Positions 1 through 9,673 of a stretch of 64,000 nt of DNA are shown in pieces. Position 1 is the stretch's first letter, and each line of letters opens with the position of its first letter. The DNA is taken from positions 1-64,000 of IMG/VR virus record IMGVR_UViG_3300036760_001167; one strand, given 5' to 3'. Made by a program: the position numbers and the translations under genes. The notes below the pieces were generated by a model. The model was not told where the DNA came from and searched no databases. It was given only the letters and a program-made list of their open reading frames with translations. The stretch is from a virus.

Positions 1-257
1 CTGCCTCCGGTGCCGCCCGCGGAGCCGGGACCGCCGGTGCCTCCCGTGCCTCCCGCCCCACCGGTGCCGCCCGTCCCTCCCGAGCCGCCGGTCCCGCCGG
101 ATCCGCCGGATCCTCCGGAGCCTCCCGAGCCGCCGGTGCCGCCCGTCCCGCCGGCCTGCCCCGACTCGGACGTGACAACGGGGACCCACTTGCCGAGGGC
201 GTCGTCGTACACGACGAGAACCGACTCGTCGGGCTGCAAGGTCAGGTCGTTCGGCAT
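1..257 (-). CDS. GGX (Gly-Gly-Thr/Ser) repeat tail-associated protein, runs off the left edge
   Basis: Not in the ORF track. Manual translation from the ATG at 257 gives MPNDLTLQPDESVLVVYDDALGKWVPVVTSESGQAGGTGGTGGSGG...; starts just after the stop of 262..1512. Confidence 0.75.
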   Translation of the reverse strand, partial: MPNDLTLQPDESVLVVYDDALGKWVPVVTSESGQAGGTGGTGGSGGSGGSGGSGGTGGSGGTGGTGGAGGTGGTGGPGSAGGTGG

Positions 258-261
258 CGCC

Positions 262-1512
262 TTAGCGCAGCTCCTTCCAGTTCAGCGCGGCGTTGTTCGT
301 CGAGGTCCCGGTGAGCGAGGTGACGACGACGGAGAGAGCCTTCGGGTTCGCGCCCGCGCTGTCGAGCACGAGGGGAAGCCGCGTCGGGGTGTCGCGTCCG
401 ACCGCGACCCGGTTCGCACCGGAGCCCGCGGTGCCGTAGAGCGACGAGATCGGGATGCCGTTCGTGATGGCCCCCGCGTTCGCGTCGCCGTGAACGCAGT
501 ACTCCACCCCTGAGTCGGCGGCGTCGGCCGCCGTCCACGTCAGCGCGCCTCCGCCGACGGTGAACGTCGGGTCGTACACGAGCTCGACGAGCGAGTCGTT
601 CGTCTTGGTGATGACCGTGAAGTCGCGCGGGATGATCACTCCGCGGAAGACGATGCTGTTCAGGGTCGCGGCCGGGCGGATCGAGAGGATGGCGCGGCGC
701 GTCGTAACGCCGATACCAGTGATTCCGTTGTTCGCGGTGAAGTCGTACCCGCGGTCGTCCTCGAACCCCCCTTCGGAGATGACCGTCGTGCAGACCTGCA
801 GCAGCGTCGTCGCGCCCGCCGCCGCCGCCGTGTTCTGAATCTCCCAGCGGCACGGGAGGTTCGCCGTCTTCATGTAGGGGACGGTGAGCGCGTTCGCGTT
901 CCGGAACTCGTGGCAGTAGATGATCTTCCCGCCGACGTCGAAGCCCATCCGGACGCGGCCCGCGCCGAGCCACTGCAGGTCGATGACGAAGATGTTGTCC
1001 TTCGAGGTGTCGATCGTGACGCCCGACGTGCCGGAACCGTTCATCTTGTCGAGGTTCCACGCCGACTGGTTCACCGCGTTCGCGTCCGACGGCGACCCCG
1101 ACGTCGACGTCCGCAGCACGACCTTCAGGTTCGTCCCGTCCTGCTCGAAGAACGCGCCGTCGCTCGCGTCGAAGTACCCAACGCGCTGCCGGACGTTCGC
1201 CTTGAGCGCGCCCATCACGCCGGTCATGACGATGAGCTGCGACTTCCCGGGCTGGTACCGCATGTACGAACGAGTCTGCCGGTACGCGTAGTTCCCCGAC
1301 GTTCCCGCCGCGGTCGAGAGCGTCGCGCCCGAACTGTTCGGGGCATGCGTCACCGTGCCACCGTTCAGGATGTCCTCCCACTGCAGCGGGTTCGTGTTGT
1401 ACTGCAGCGTCGAGTCGAAGGTCGTGACCGGGTCGGACACTCGCCAGCGCCCGAACGCGTCGACCGTGGGCGAGTCCGCCCCCTGCACCGCCACCTGGTC
1501 GAAGTACGACAT
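262..1512 (-). CDS. Putative virion structural protein (beta-rich)
   Basis: 416 aa; N-terminal DAFGRWRVSDPVTTFDS and RYQPGKS motifs that I recognise from uncharacterised phage proteins; lies in the tail module. Confidence 0.6.
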   Translation of the reverse strand: MSYFDQVAVQGADSPTVDAFGRWRVSDPVTTFDSTLQYNTNPLQWEDILNGGTVTHAPNSSGATLSTAAGTSGNYAYRQTRSYMRYQPGKSQLIVMTGVMGALKANVRQRVGYFDASDGAFFEQDGTNLKVVLRTSTSGSPSDANAVNQSAWNLDKMNGSGTSGVTIDTSKDNIFVIDLQWLGAGRVRMGFDVGGKIIYCHEFRNANALTVPYMKTANLPCRWEIQNTAAAAGATTLLQVCTTVISEGGFEDDRGYDFTANNGITGIGVTTRRAILSIRPAATLNSIVFRGVIIPRDFTVITKTNDSLVELVYDPTFTVGGGALTWTAADAADSGVEYCVHGDANAGAITNGIPISSLYGTAGSGANRVAVGRDTPTRLPLVLDSAGANPKALSVVVTSLTGTSTNNAALNWKELR

Positions 1513-1528
1513 CAGCTCTCCTCGCTCG

Positions 1529-4228
1529 TCACAGCACGTACCATCCGGTCCCGTCGCTCACGACCGTGATCGAGGTCATCGGGAACTCGATCACCTGTGC
1601 CAGCTGCCCGTCGACCGTCTCCGACCCGCTCCCGTCGACCGTCACGAGGTGGCCGGTCGCGTCGACCTTCTTGACCGTGAACGACGCGCCCTTGCTCACC
1701 GACGCGACGGCCGGCAGCGTAATCGTAACGTCCCCCGAGCCCGCGTCCACCAGGACGACCTGGTAGGTGGCGTCCAGCGCGGTGTTCCCTGAGACCGAGG
1801 TCACGAGGTAGGTGGAGGTGCTCGGCGTGGAGGCCCCGATGAGGAACCGGTTCCCCGCGGCCGAGGCCGGGTCGGAGTCCGCGAGCACGATGGGGTTGGA
1901 GCCGACGTTCCTGATGAGGAGCACCCGGCCGTCGGTCCCGCCGGACACCCCGGTGATACGGCGGCTCGCGTCGCTCGAGACGCGGACGACGCTGGCCGTC
2001 GCGATCCCGGTCGGCGCGTAGTCGTTCTTGTCAGCGGCGATGGCGTCGGTGATGTCGTCGCGGATCGTGATCGGGCCGGGGATGTCTCCCGTCGTCGGTC
2101 CGGGCGCGCCGGTCCCGCCGGTGCCGCCGGTGCCGCCGGCCCCGCCGGTGCCCCCGGATCCGCCGGTCCCGCCCGTGCCGCCGGTTCCGCCGGTGCCGCC
2201 CGTGCCGGCGTCCGCGCCGGACCCGCCGGTGCCGCCGCTGCCGCCGGTCCCGCCGCTGCCGCCCGTCGGTCCCGGGACGGTCGAATCGGCGCCGCTGCCG
2301 CCCGTGCCGCCCGTCCCGCCGGGTCCGCCGCTGCCGCCGGTCCCGCCGCTGCCGCCGGTCCCTCCCGAGCCGCCGGTCCCGCCCGTCGGGCCGACGCTCC
2401 CGCCGGGCGACGCGACGCTCGCGCGGATGGAGTAGTTGCGGCCCGTCGTCGTGGGTGAGTACCATCCCCAGTCCGCGGCCCAGTGCCCGCCCGAGTCGTA
2501 CGTGCGGTCCGAGCCGCCGTCGTCGTAGTAGATCCGGAGCGCGAGGTTGCCGAAGGCGTTGTCCCCGAGCTGCACCGCGATCCAGTAGTCGCCGGCCTCG
2601 ACGTACGCGCCGATCGGGACCTGCAGCCACCTCGCGTCGGAGCTACCGGCCCCGCCGCCGACCGCGTCGTCCATGAGCAGCGAGACGTCCGGCGCGACGT
2701 GGTGCGCGATGATGTGCTTCGGCGCGCCCGCGACGTCGTCGAAGAGGATCGCGCCGACCGACTGCACCCTGTCGTCGTCCGCGTCCTGGTCGACGTGGGC
2801 GTCGATGGACGTGAGCCAGCCGGCCGCGTCCATCGTGACCTTCTTCGCGTAGACGCGGTTGTCCGCGGCGGTCTCGGTGTTGGCGCCGACCGTCGCGGTG
2901 CCCAGGTACGAGTGGCCTACGCCCGCGCCGCCGGTTCCTCCCGTGCCGCCGGTCCCGCCGTCGGAGCCGGGTCCGCCGGTGCCGCCGGTGCCGCCGACGT
3001 CTCCGGTTCCTCCGGTTCCTCCGGTTCCTCCGGTTCCTCCGTCGGAGCCGCTGCCGCCGGTACCGCCAGTCCCTCCGCCAGGGCCGGGACCTCCCGTTCC
3101 TCCAGTTCCACCGCTGCCTCCCGTTCCTCCCGTGCCGCCGTCGGATCCGGGCCCGCCCGTTCCGCCGGTCCCGCCCGTCCCGCCCGTGCCTCCGGTGCCG
3201 CCCGCGCCGCCGCCCGAGATGAGCAGGTCCCAGAAGATGTCGACGCCCGGCTCGCCGTCGGTCGACGGGCCCGGCTGGTCGTTGCGGATCCACAGCGCGT
3301 TGGCGTGCGCGACCACGTCGCGCTGCAGGTCGGCGTTCTCGTAGTCGACGCCGCCGACCCAGTCGTGCGACCAGCGGAAGCCCTGCCCGTTGTCGATCTC
3401 CATGACGAAGACCCAGTGCGACCCGTCGTCGGTGGTCGGGTCGACGCCCGTCGAGCTCGCGTCCGACAGCCAGAACTGGACCGCGCCGTCGATGCCGTAC
3501 GTGACGAGGACGTTGGCGGTGTAGGGCGTGCCCGCGTCCCAGGGCCCGGCGAAGTTGAACCCCGCGCCCGCGGCGCCCGTCCCGCCGGTCCCGCCCGTGC
3601 CGCCGGTTCCGCCGGTGCCGCCCGTGCCGCCGCCCTGCCCGCCGCCGCCGCCGCCCATGACGACGGTGCCGGCCTCTGTGAGCTTGTCCCACTCCGGATG
3701 GGGCGGCCCGTGGTCCGTGTCGACCAGCGCGACGTACGCGGTGCCGAGCTGCTTCGCGACCTCGCCCTTCTTGTAGGTCCGGCCCGGCTCGTAGTCGCGC
3801 GTCCACTTCATCGCGAGGCTGAGCCTGCGCTCGTCGATCGCCGCCTTGACGCGGCGGGCCCGCTTGGTCGCCTTCTCCGGCTCCCCGGCCGCGAGCTCGC
3901 GCGTCGCCTCCGCCACCTGGTCCGGCGGGGACGTCGCGGGCATCTCCCTGATCTCGGCGGCGGCCGCCTCCTCGCGGCTGCGCTTCGCCTGCGCCTCGGC
4001 GGCGAGCGCCGCCTGCCTGGCCTCCTCCGCCTCGACCGCCTTGCGGCGGTCCTCGAGGAGCTCGGCGAGCGAGTCCTCCATCGACTTGAGCAGGCGGTCC
4101 GCGCCCTCGACGTCCCCCTCGAGCGCGCGCTTCGCGATGCCCGCGAGCGTCGCGGCCACCAGCTCCGGGTGGTCGACGGCGGCGCGGAGCGCCTCGAGCC
4201 GCGCCTGGATCTCCGCCTTGGTCGTCAC
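1529..4228 (-). CDS. Tail fibre/adhesin-like protein with GGX linkers
   Basis: 899 aa; helical N-terminus, about three short W-x(n)-Y-x2-(G/N)-x2-V carbohydrate-binding-like repeats, three long GGT/GGS tracts and a C-terminal VLVDAGSGDVTITLP...VKKVD...ETVDG fibre-type domain. Confidence 0.7.
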   Translation of the reverse strand: MTTKAEIQARLEALRAAVDHPELVAATLAGIAKRALEGDVEGADRLLKSMEDSLAELLEDRRKAVEAEEARQAALAAEAQAKRSREEAAAAEIREMPATSPPDQVAEATRELAAGEPEKATKRARRVKAAIDERRLSLAMKWTRDYEPGRTYKKGEVAKQLGTAYVALVDTDHGPPHPEWDKLTEAGTVVMGGGGGGQGGGTGGTGGTGGTGGTGGTGAAGAGFNFAGPWDAGTPYTANVLVTYGIDGAVQFWLSDASSTGVDPTTDDGSHWVFVMEIDNGQGFRWSHDWVGGVDYENADLQRDVVAHANALWIRNDQPGPSTDGEPGVDIFWDLLISGGGAGGTGGTGGTGGTGGTGGPGSDGGTGGTGGSGGTGGTGGPGPGGGTGGTGGSGSDGGTGGTGGTGGTGDVGGTGGTGGPGSDGGTGGTGGTGGAGVGHSYLGTATVGANTETAADNRVYAKKVTMDAAGWLTSIDAHVDQDADDDRVQSVGAILFDDVAGAPKHIIAHHVAPDVSLLMDDAVGGGAGSSDARWLQVPIGAYVEAGDYWIAVQLGDNAFGNLALRIYYDDGGSDRTYDSGGHWAADWGWYSPTTTGRNYSIRASVASPGGSVGPTGGTGGSGGTGGSGGTGGSGGPGGTGGTGGSGADSTVPGPTGGSGGTGGSGGTGGSGADAGTGGTGGTGGTGGTGGSGGTGGAGGTGGTGGTGAPGPTTGDIPGPITIRDDITDAIAADKNDYAPTGIATASVVRVSSDASRRITGVSGGTDGRVLLIRNVGSNPIVLADSDPASAAGNRFLIGASTPSTSTYLVTSVSGNTALDATYQVVLVDAGSGDVTITLPAVASVSKGASFTVKKVDATGHLVTVDGSGSETVDGQLAQVIEFPMTSITVVSDGTGWYVL

Positions 4229-4238
4229 CGGCTTCCCC

Positions 4239-4451
4239 TCAGCTCAGCCAGCTCCACGACCCCGCGTCGGTCTCGGGCCCGCCGCCCACGCAGGGCGCTC
4301 CGCCGCCCGCCGGGAGCAGCGCGTCCGGGATCCGCTTCGCCGTGTAGCCCCGCGCGCCCAGGACCTCGGCGTCGTCGCCGAACTCGGTCGCGTCGGCGTT
4401 GGTCGTCAGGAGCGTGGTGGCCCCGAACTCGGTCGCTAGGAAGTCGGCCAT
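4239..4451 (-). CDS. Small hypothetical protein (MADFLATEFG..., 70 aa)
   Basis: ATG overlaps the upstream stop (TGATG); it is the C-terminal part of track ORF 4239..5255. Confidence 0.55.
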   Translation of the reverse strand: MADFLATEFGATTLLTTNADATEFGDDAEVLGARGYTAKRIPDALLPAGGGAPCVGGGPETDAGSWSWLS

Positions 4452-5503
4452 CAGAACGCGTCGTCCCTGGCGCAGATCACCTGGGTCTGGAACGACAGCC
4501 CGACGCCGGCGTTGACGTTGACGTGGTTGAGGCCCAGCACGTAGTGCAGGTCGCCGTCGATCGTGACCGCGTCCCCCGCCTTCACGGTCGGCCCGAGGGT
4601 GGCGGGCGTGTCGTGGCCGAACAGGGCCATCGAGCCCAGCTTCCCGAGGTGGGTGCGGATCGCCGCGGACGCGATGGTGTTCGAGGCGCTGTGGAGGTAC
4701 GCGCGGTAGCCCGCGAAGCTCTTGAGCCACATGTGCGCGACGCCGAACCGCCCGCCCGCGCCGGCCTGCGGGCACATCTCCACGGAGCTCGGCCCGGCCG
4801 TCGCGTAGCAGAACGCTCCCGTCAGCGCGACCGCGCCCTGGTTGGGCTCGCGCGACGTGCGGTAGTCGCCGGTGCCGGAGCCGATCGCGACGGACCACGA
4901 CACGCACTGCGCGTTCGTGACCGCGCAGCCGCCCAGGAACACGAGGCTGCTGCTCGGGCTCAGGTTGACGTTCCCGCCGTCCAGCCGGCCCGCGTGCATC
5001 CAGTTCGGGAAGACCGCGCCCGTCGCCAGCACGACCTCGTCGGCGTTCGCGCCGCAGACGTACTCGAAGCCGCCGCCGGACACGGGGATGTCGACCCAGC
5101 CGACCTTCTGGCCGCTGGCGACGGCCTGGTAGATCGTCAGGAGCCCGGCGTCGACCGCGTCCGCGGCCGTCGGGGTGATCGAGGCGCCGGACGAGAAGCC
5201 CGGGCACGGGAACTGGACCTTGTGGTCGGAGCCGGCCGTGTACGACTCCGCGCACCTGAAGCGCAGGCGCGGCGGCGCCGTCCCGCTCTCGTCGGTCGTG
5301 ATGAGCAGGAACACCGTCGAGGTCGCGTTGCGCCAGACGTCCACCCCCACGTTCTCGACCGCGTCGCCGGTGTTGCCCGCGTCCGAGGCCGACGCCTGCT
5401 CGACGTGGACCCAGCTCGCGGCGAGCATGATCGCGGTGACCGCGTCGTACAGGTCGGCCGCCGGCGTCGCGCTGGCTGGCTGGAACGCTGAGGTCAGTGC
5501 CAT
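4451..5503 (-). CDS. Minor tail/structural protein, paralog B
   Basis: 350 aa; full-length similarity to 5517..6542 (LRFRCAE, KVGWVDIPVS, SREPN, KLGSMAL). Confidence 0.7.
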   Translation of the reverse strand: MALTSAFQPASATPAADLYDAVTAIMLAASWVHVEQASASDAGNTGDAVENVGVDVWRNATSTVFLLITTDESGTAPPRLRFRCAESYTAGSDHKVQFPCPGFSSGASITPTAADAVDAGLLTIYQAVASGQKVGWVDIPVSGGGFEYVCGANADEVVLATGAVFPNWMHAGRLDGGNVNLSPSSSLVFLGGCAVTNAQCVSWSVAIGSGTGDYRTSREPNQGAVALTGAFCYATAGPSSVEMCPQAGAGGRFGVAHMWLKSFAGYRAYLHSASNTIASAAIRTHLGKLGSMALFGHDTPATLGPTVKAGDAVTIDGDLHYVLGLNHVNVNAGVGLSFQTQVICARDDAF

Positions 5504-5516
5504 CTCTCTCCCCTTC

Positions 5517-6542
5517 TCAGAACGCGCTGTCCTTGGCGCACAGGATCTTGCACTGGATGTCGTACGGCGTGGCGCTCGAGACCAGGTGTGTCGGCCCGAG
5601 CGCGTAGTGGACCGCGCCGTCGATCGTGACGGTGTCGCCGACCCTGGTCAGGCCCTCGATGATCGCGACCGTGTCGTGCCCGACCAGCGCCATGGAGCCC
5701 AGCTTGCACAGGTGGGTCCGCGACCTCGCGGTCGCCGGCGACGCGGAGGCGTTGTGCAGGTACGCCGGGAACCCGGCCATGGCCGCCAGCCACTTGTGGG
5801 AGGTGCCCGGCTGCCCGCCCGCCCCGGCGTTCACCGAGTCCGAGACCGAGCTGACGCCGTCCGCCACGTAGCAGAACGGCCCCTGCATCGCGACCGCGCC
5901 GTTGTTCGGCTCGCGCGACACTCGGTAGTTCCCCGCGGAGCTGGAGATCGTCCAGGAGATGCAGGTCCCCGAGACGACCGCGCAGCCGCCCAGGAAGACG
6001 ATGGAGCTCGCCGGGCTCAGGTTGTCCGCGGGCGGGACGTGGCCCAGGTGAAGCCAGTTGAACGGGGCCGTGCTCGTCGCGAGGACGACCTCGTCGGCGT
6101 TGGCGCCGGCCACGTAGTTGAAGCCGCCGTTGGAGACCGGGATGTCCACCCACCCGACCTTCGACGTCGTCGACAGGGCCTGGAAGATCGTGAGCAGCGC
6201 GGTGTCGACCGAGTCGTCGAACTTCGGCGTCATGCTCGTGGCGGAGTTGTTCCCCGGGCACGGGTGCCGGACCTTGTGCGTGCCGACGTCGTAGGCCTCC
6301 GCGCACCTGAACCGCAGGTGGTGCAGCGTGTCGTCGACCTCTGCCAGCAGGACGACGTCCGCGTCCGCGTTGGTCCAGACCTCGACCGGGATGTTGGTCC
6401 CCGCGTCGGTCCCGGCCTGCACGGCCGACGCCTGCTCGACGAACGTCCAGCCCGCGACGGTCATCAGCCCCGTGAGGGTCGTCCAGAGGTCGGCCGCCGC
6501 CGTGCCGCTCGCTCCCTGCGCTGCCGAGGTCAGTCCCATCAT
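5517..6542 (-). CDS. Minor tail/structural protein, paralog A
   Basis: 341 aa; tandem paralog of 4451..5503; purine-rich RBS. Confidence 0.7.
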   Translation of the reverse strand: MMGLTSAAQGASGTAAADLWTTLTGLMTVAGWTFVEQASAVQAGTDAGTNIPVEVWTNADADVVLLAEVDDTLHHLRFRCAEAYDVGTHKVRHPCPGNNSATSMTPKFDDSVDTALLTIFQALSTTSKVGWVDIPVSNGGFNYVAGANADEVVLATSTAPFNWLHLGHVPPADNLSPASSIVFLGGCAVVSGTCISWTISSSAGNYRVSREPNNGAVAMQGPFCYVADGVSSVSDSVNAGAGGQPGTSHKWLAAMAGFPAYLHNASASPATARSRTHLCKLGSMALVGHDTVAIIEGLTRVGDTVTIDGAVHYALGPTHLVSSATPYDIQCKILCAKDSAF

Positions 6543-6549
6543 CTCTCCC

Positions 6550-7185
6550 TTACGTGGTGAACACGACGTACACGCGGCCGCGCCCGGTGGCGCCGCCGTT
6601 GTCCACGACCTTCATCTCCAGGTAGTCTCCCGCCAGGACGCTCGTCACGTCCGGCACCGCGCTCGCGCTGACGAAGTTCCCGGCGAGGACCGTCGGCTTA
6701 GTCGCGATGGTGAAGACCGTGCCTCCGTTGAGCTTCACGTCGAAGACCGAGTCCGTGCCGCCGTCTCCGAGGGCGACGCTCGCGTACACGTGGTCGATCA
6801 CGCGGGCGAGCGGCATGTAGAACCTGTCGCTCGTCTCGTTGTCGGGCATCGCGACCGTGGTCTCCCACGTGAGCACCGCCGGGTCCGACGCGCCGCCGGT
6901 CCCGCCCGAGCCACCCGTCCCGCCGGTGCCGCCGGTGCCGCCCGTGCCGCCCCGCCCGCCCGTTCCGCCGGTGCCGCCCGAGGGGCCGCCGCTTGGGCCG
7001 ATCGCGCCCGAGCCTCCGGTGCCGCCAGAGCCTCCGGTGCCGCCGGTGCCGCCGGTGCCGCCCGGCGTGCCGCTCGCGCCGGTCCCGCCGCTGCCCCCTG
7101 AGCCGCCGGACCCGCCCGTGCCGCCGGTGCCGCCCGTGCCGCCGCGGCGGTGCTCCTCTACGATGTACGCGTCTTCGTCGGTCAT
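6550..7185 (-). CDS. GGX-repeat tail protein with small C-terminal beta domain
   Basis: 211 aa; about 85 aa of GGT/GGS repeats, then a domain resembling the C-terminus of 8789..9673. Confidence 0.7.
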   Translation of the reverse strand: MTDEDAYIVEEHRRGGTGGTGGTGGSGGSGGSGGTGASGTPGGTGGTGGTGGSGGTGGSGAIGPSGGPSGGTGGTGGRGGTGGTGGTGGTGGSGGTGGASDPAVLTWETTVAMPDNETSDRFYMPLARVIDHVYASVALGDGGTDSVFDVKLNGGTVFTIATKPTVLAGNFVSASAVPDVTSVLAGDYLEMKVVDNGGATGRGRVYVVFTT

Positions 7186-7234
7186 CCGGTCCCCTCGAGC
7201 TGCTCTGGGCTCATTCTACCGTCCCGCACTTTGG

Positions 7235-8131
7235 TCACAGGAAGGTCCACGAGTCTGTCCCGACCGTGTCGAGCGGGGTGGTGAAGTTCAGGATGACCGA
7301 GAACGCGCCGGTGATCCAGTTGTCCGTGGCCGCCTCGAAGCCGAGCTCTTCGGCCGTGAACGTGACGTGCGTGGCGTCGAGGCCCTTGCCCTTGCCGAAG
7401 ACCGCGCAGTGGCCGACGCTCTCGTGCCGCCCGTCGAAGGAGTTGGTCCACACTGTGCTCGCGAGGATGTCGAGGTAGCCCAGGTCGTCGCTCACGAAGA
7501 TGGGCCGCTCGACCGACGGCGCGTCGAGGTAGTTGTTGTACACCTCGCCGAACCCCATCCCGATCACGGCCTGGTGGGCCTTGAGCACGGCCCCGAGCTC
7601 GCACTCCATCGCCTGGGTTCCGTCGATGATCGCCGCGCCGTCACCCCGCGCGATCCCGCCCGAGTCCTTCCCCGCCTTGGTGTACGCGCCGTCGCCGCGG
7701 AAGACCCACGTGGCCCACGCCCCGCCGAAGATGTCGGAGGACGCGCCCGTCGGGAAGTGGAACCCGACCCTGGACAGCGTTCCGGTGCCGTCCGCGGTGA
7801 GGTCGTCGACCGGCCCCGGCCCCTCGATGCGCTTCCGCGCGATGCCGACGACCCCGCTGGGGCTGCCGCCGAGCCCCTCGTCGAACGGGCGCCCGAACGT
7901 GCCCGCCGCCCCCCACGGCCCGCCCAGCCCGCCGCCGTTGCCAGGCCCGATCACGTCCGCGAAGTAGTTGAAGCCGCCGCCGCCGACCACGGTCTGGAGC
8001 GCGACGAAGACCTCGTCGCCGTACTGCAGCGGGAGCGCGAGGCAGTCGTACGACGCGCCGAACGGGTCGGTGGCGCTGTTCCCCTCGCTCAGCTGGAAGT
8101 CCACGAGCTTCATCATCCGACCAGGCTCCAC
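7235..8131 (-). CDS. Hypothetical protein, probable minor tail
   Basis: 298 aa ORF with protein-like composition in the tail module. Confidence 0.55.
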   Translation of the reverse strand: MEPGRMMKLVDFQLSEGNSATDPFGASYDCLALPLQYGDEVFVALQTVVGGGGFNYFADVIGPGNGGGLGGPWGAAGTFGRPFDEGLGGSPSGVVGIARKRIEGPGPVDDLTADGTGTLSRVGFHFPTGASSDIFGGAWATWVFRGDGAYTKAGKDSGGIARGDGAAIIDGTQAMECELGAVLKAHQAVIGMGFGEVYNNYLDAPSVERPIFVSDDLGYLDILASTVWTNSFDGRHESVGHCAVFGKGKGLDATHVTFTAEELGFEAATDNWITGAFSVILNFTTPLDTVGTDSWTFL

Positions 8132-8787
8132 TCGTCAAGCGCTGCGCCGCCCTCGCTCGGGTCGCCCCACGTCGTCAGGGAGCTGCGCGACTGCGAGCCC
8201 GCGATCGCGCCGTCGGCGGCGAGGCCCGCGACTGCGGTGCTGTGGAAGTGGTACTCCTGCAGGACGAACGGCGTCCACGCCCCGCCGAAGATCGTCCCGT
8301 AGAGCGTCGTGCCGTCGTCGTCCGCCCGCACGATGTCCACGGCATCGTCGCCCGCGTAGTACCAGAGCACCAGCCCGTACGTCTCGGCCACGAGCCCGGT
8401 TCCGCCGGGGTTGGTCGGCCCGCCGACCTTGATCAGGTCGTGCGGCGGGAGGTCGGTGAACGACGCGACGAGCACGCCGACGCTGGCGGGCGCGCCGCCG
8501 ACCCACGAGACCGATACCGACGCCTCCCCCTCATAGCCCTTGTGGTAGAAGCCGACGAAGGCCTCGGGGCTGATCACGAAGCCGCCGTTGTTGTCGAGCG
8601 CGAAGTCCGGGACCGGGTCGAACGTGACCGGCGACCCGGAGATGTTCGCCTCGAAGACCCACATGAGCAGCGTCGCGCCGTCCGGGATCGGCGTGCCAGT
8701 GGTCAGGTCGACGACGACGGGCCCCGGGTCGAGGAACGTCGAGTGGTTCTCGAAGGCCTGGTCGAACGCGGCGGCTGGGGCTGGCAC
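8113..8787 (-). CDS. Hypothetical protein, probable minor tail
   Basis: 224 aa ORF contiguous with its neighbours. Confidence 0.55.
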   Translation of the reverse strand: MPAPAAAFDQAFENHSTFLDPGPVVVDLTTGTPIPDGATLLMWVFEANISGSPVTFDPVPDFALDNNGGFVISPEAFVGFYHKGYEGEASVSVSWVGGAPASVGVLVASFTDLPPHDLIKVGGPTNPGGTGLVAETYGLVLWYYAGDDAVDIVRADDDGTTLYGTIFGGAWTPFVLQEYHFHSTAVAGLAADGAIAGSQSRSSLTTWGDPSEGGAALDEWSLVG

Positions 8788-8788
8788 G

Positions 8789-9673
8789 TTAGAACTCCGC
8801 CGTGACGATCGCCTTGACGCGGCCGGCGATGCCCGCGTCGTCGACGATCTCGACCTGCAGCATCTGGTGGCGGCCGAAGTCGTTGTTCTTGTGGATCGGC
8901 TGCACCGCGCTCACGCGCTTCCCGCTCGGGATGACGAGCGTCGCGAACGCGTCGCCGTCCTGGAGCAGGCGCAGCGTCACGTCGGCGGGCGCGTCCTCGT
9001 CCTCGAGGTAGATCTCCCAGGCCAGGACCTGCGCCTCCTTCGGGAAGCGCTGCACGGTGCCGGTCATCGCGCCGGGCGAGTCCAGCGACGCCCACTGCAG
9101 GTACCTCGTCTGCGCCGCGACGAGCTCCTTCGCGATGACGTCGGTGATCACGTACAGGTCGCCGTCGTGCTCCAGGTTGACCGTCTCCTGCTGCAGGTCC
9201 GCCGGGTCGCCGGACTTCGGCGCGCGGAGCCCCGCCGCGACCGCGTGGAACAGCGCGTGTGGGACGGTCGCCAGGACCGCCTCGTTCGGGTCGTCGAACA
9301 GCAGGACGTGCGCGAGCCGCTCCTGGGTGTGCGGCCAGAGGTTGACGCGCGTGCCCGCGCCCCACCCGACGTCCAGGCCGGCCGTCAGGTGGACGGTCAG
9401 CGCCGCGTCGTCGACGGAGTCGTAGTCCTTGAGCTCGTTGTCGCCCCCGCCCTTCAGCTCGAGCTGCCCGCCCGCCTCGTCGAAGTCGTAGGTCGACTCC
9501 ACGTGGATCGTCGTGGCCGTCGAGCTCGAGCCCGCGGAGAGCTGGCTGCCCGCGCGGTGCGCGTCGACCGCCTGCACGGTGCCCCAGATCTTCGGCCCGC
9601 CGGGCTGGCCCGGCAGCTTGCCGACCTGCCCCGCGAGCTCCGCGCCGCCGCCCGTCGGCGTGACCGGGATCAC
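8789..9673 (-). CDS. Minor tail protein
   Basis: Likely GTG start (VIPVTPTGG) overlapping the upstream TGA; C-terminal part of track ORF 8789..10645. Confidence 0.6.
   Translation of the reverse strand: MIPVTPTGGGAELAGQVGKLPGQPGGPKIWGTVQAVDAHRAGSQLSAGSSSTATTIHVESTYDFDEAGGQLELKGGGDNELKDYDSVDDAALTVHLTAGLDVGWGAGTRVNLWPHTQERLAHVLLFDDPNEAVLATVPHALFHAVAAGLRAPKSGDPADLQQETVNLEHDGDLYVITDVIAKELVAAQTRYLQWASLDSPGAMTGTVQRFPKEAQVLAWEIYLEDEDAPADVTLRLLQDGDAFATLVIPSGKRVSAVQPIHKNNDFGRHQMLQVEIVDDAGIAGRVKAIVTAEF

Noticed and set aside
4451-6542. Diversity-generating retroelement or invertible tail cassette
   Set aside because: Divergence is not adenine-specific, both copies are full ORFs on one strand, and no reverse transcriptase or invertase is in the window
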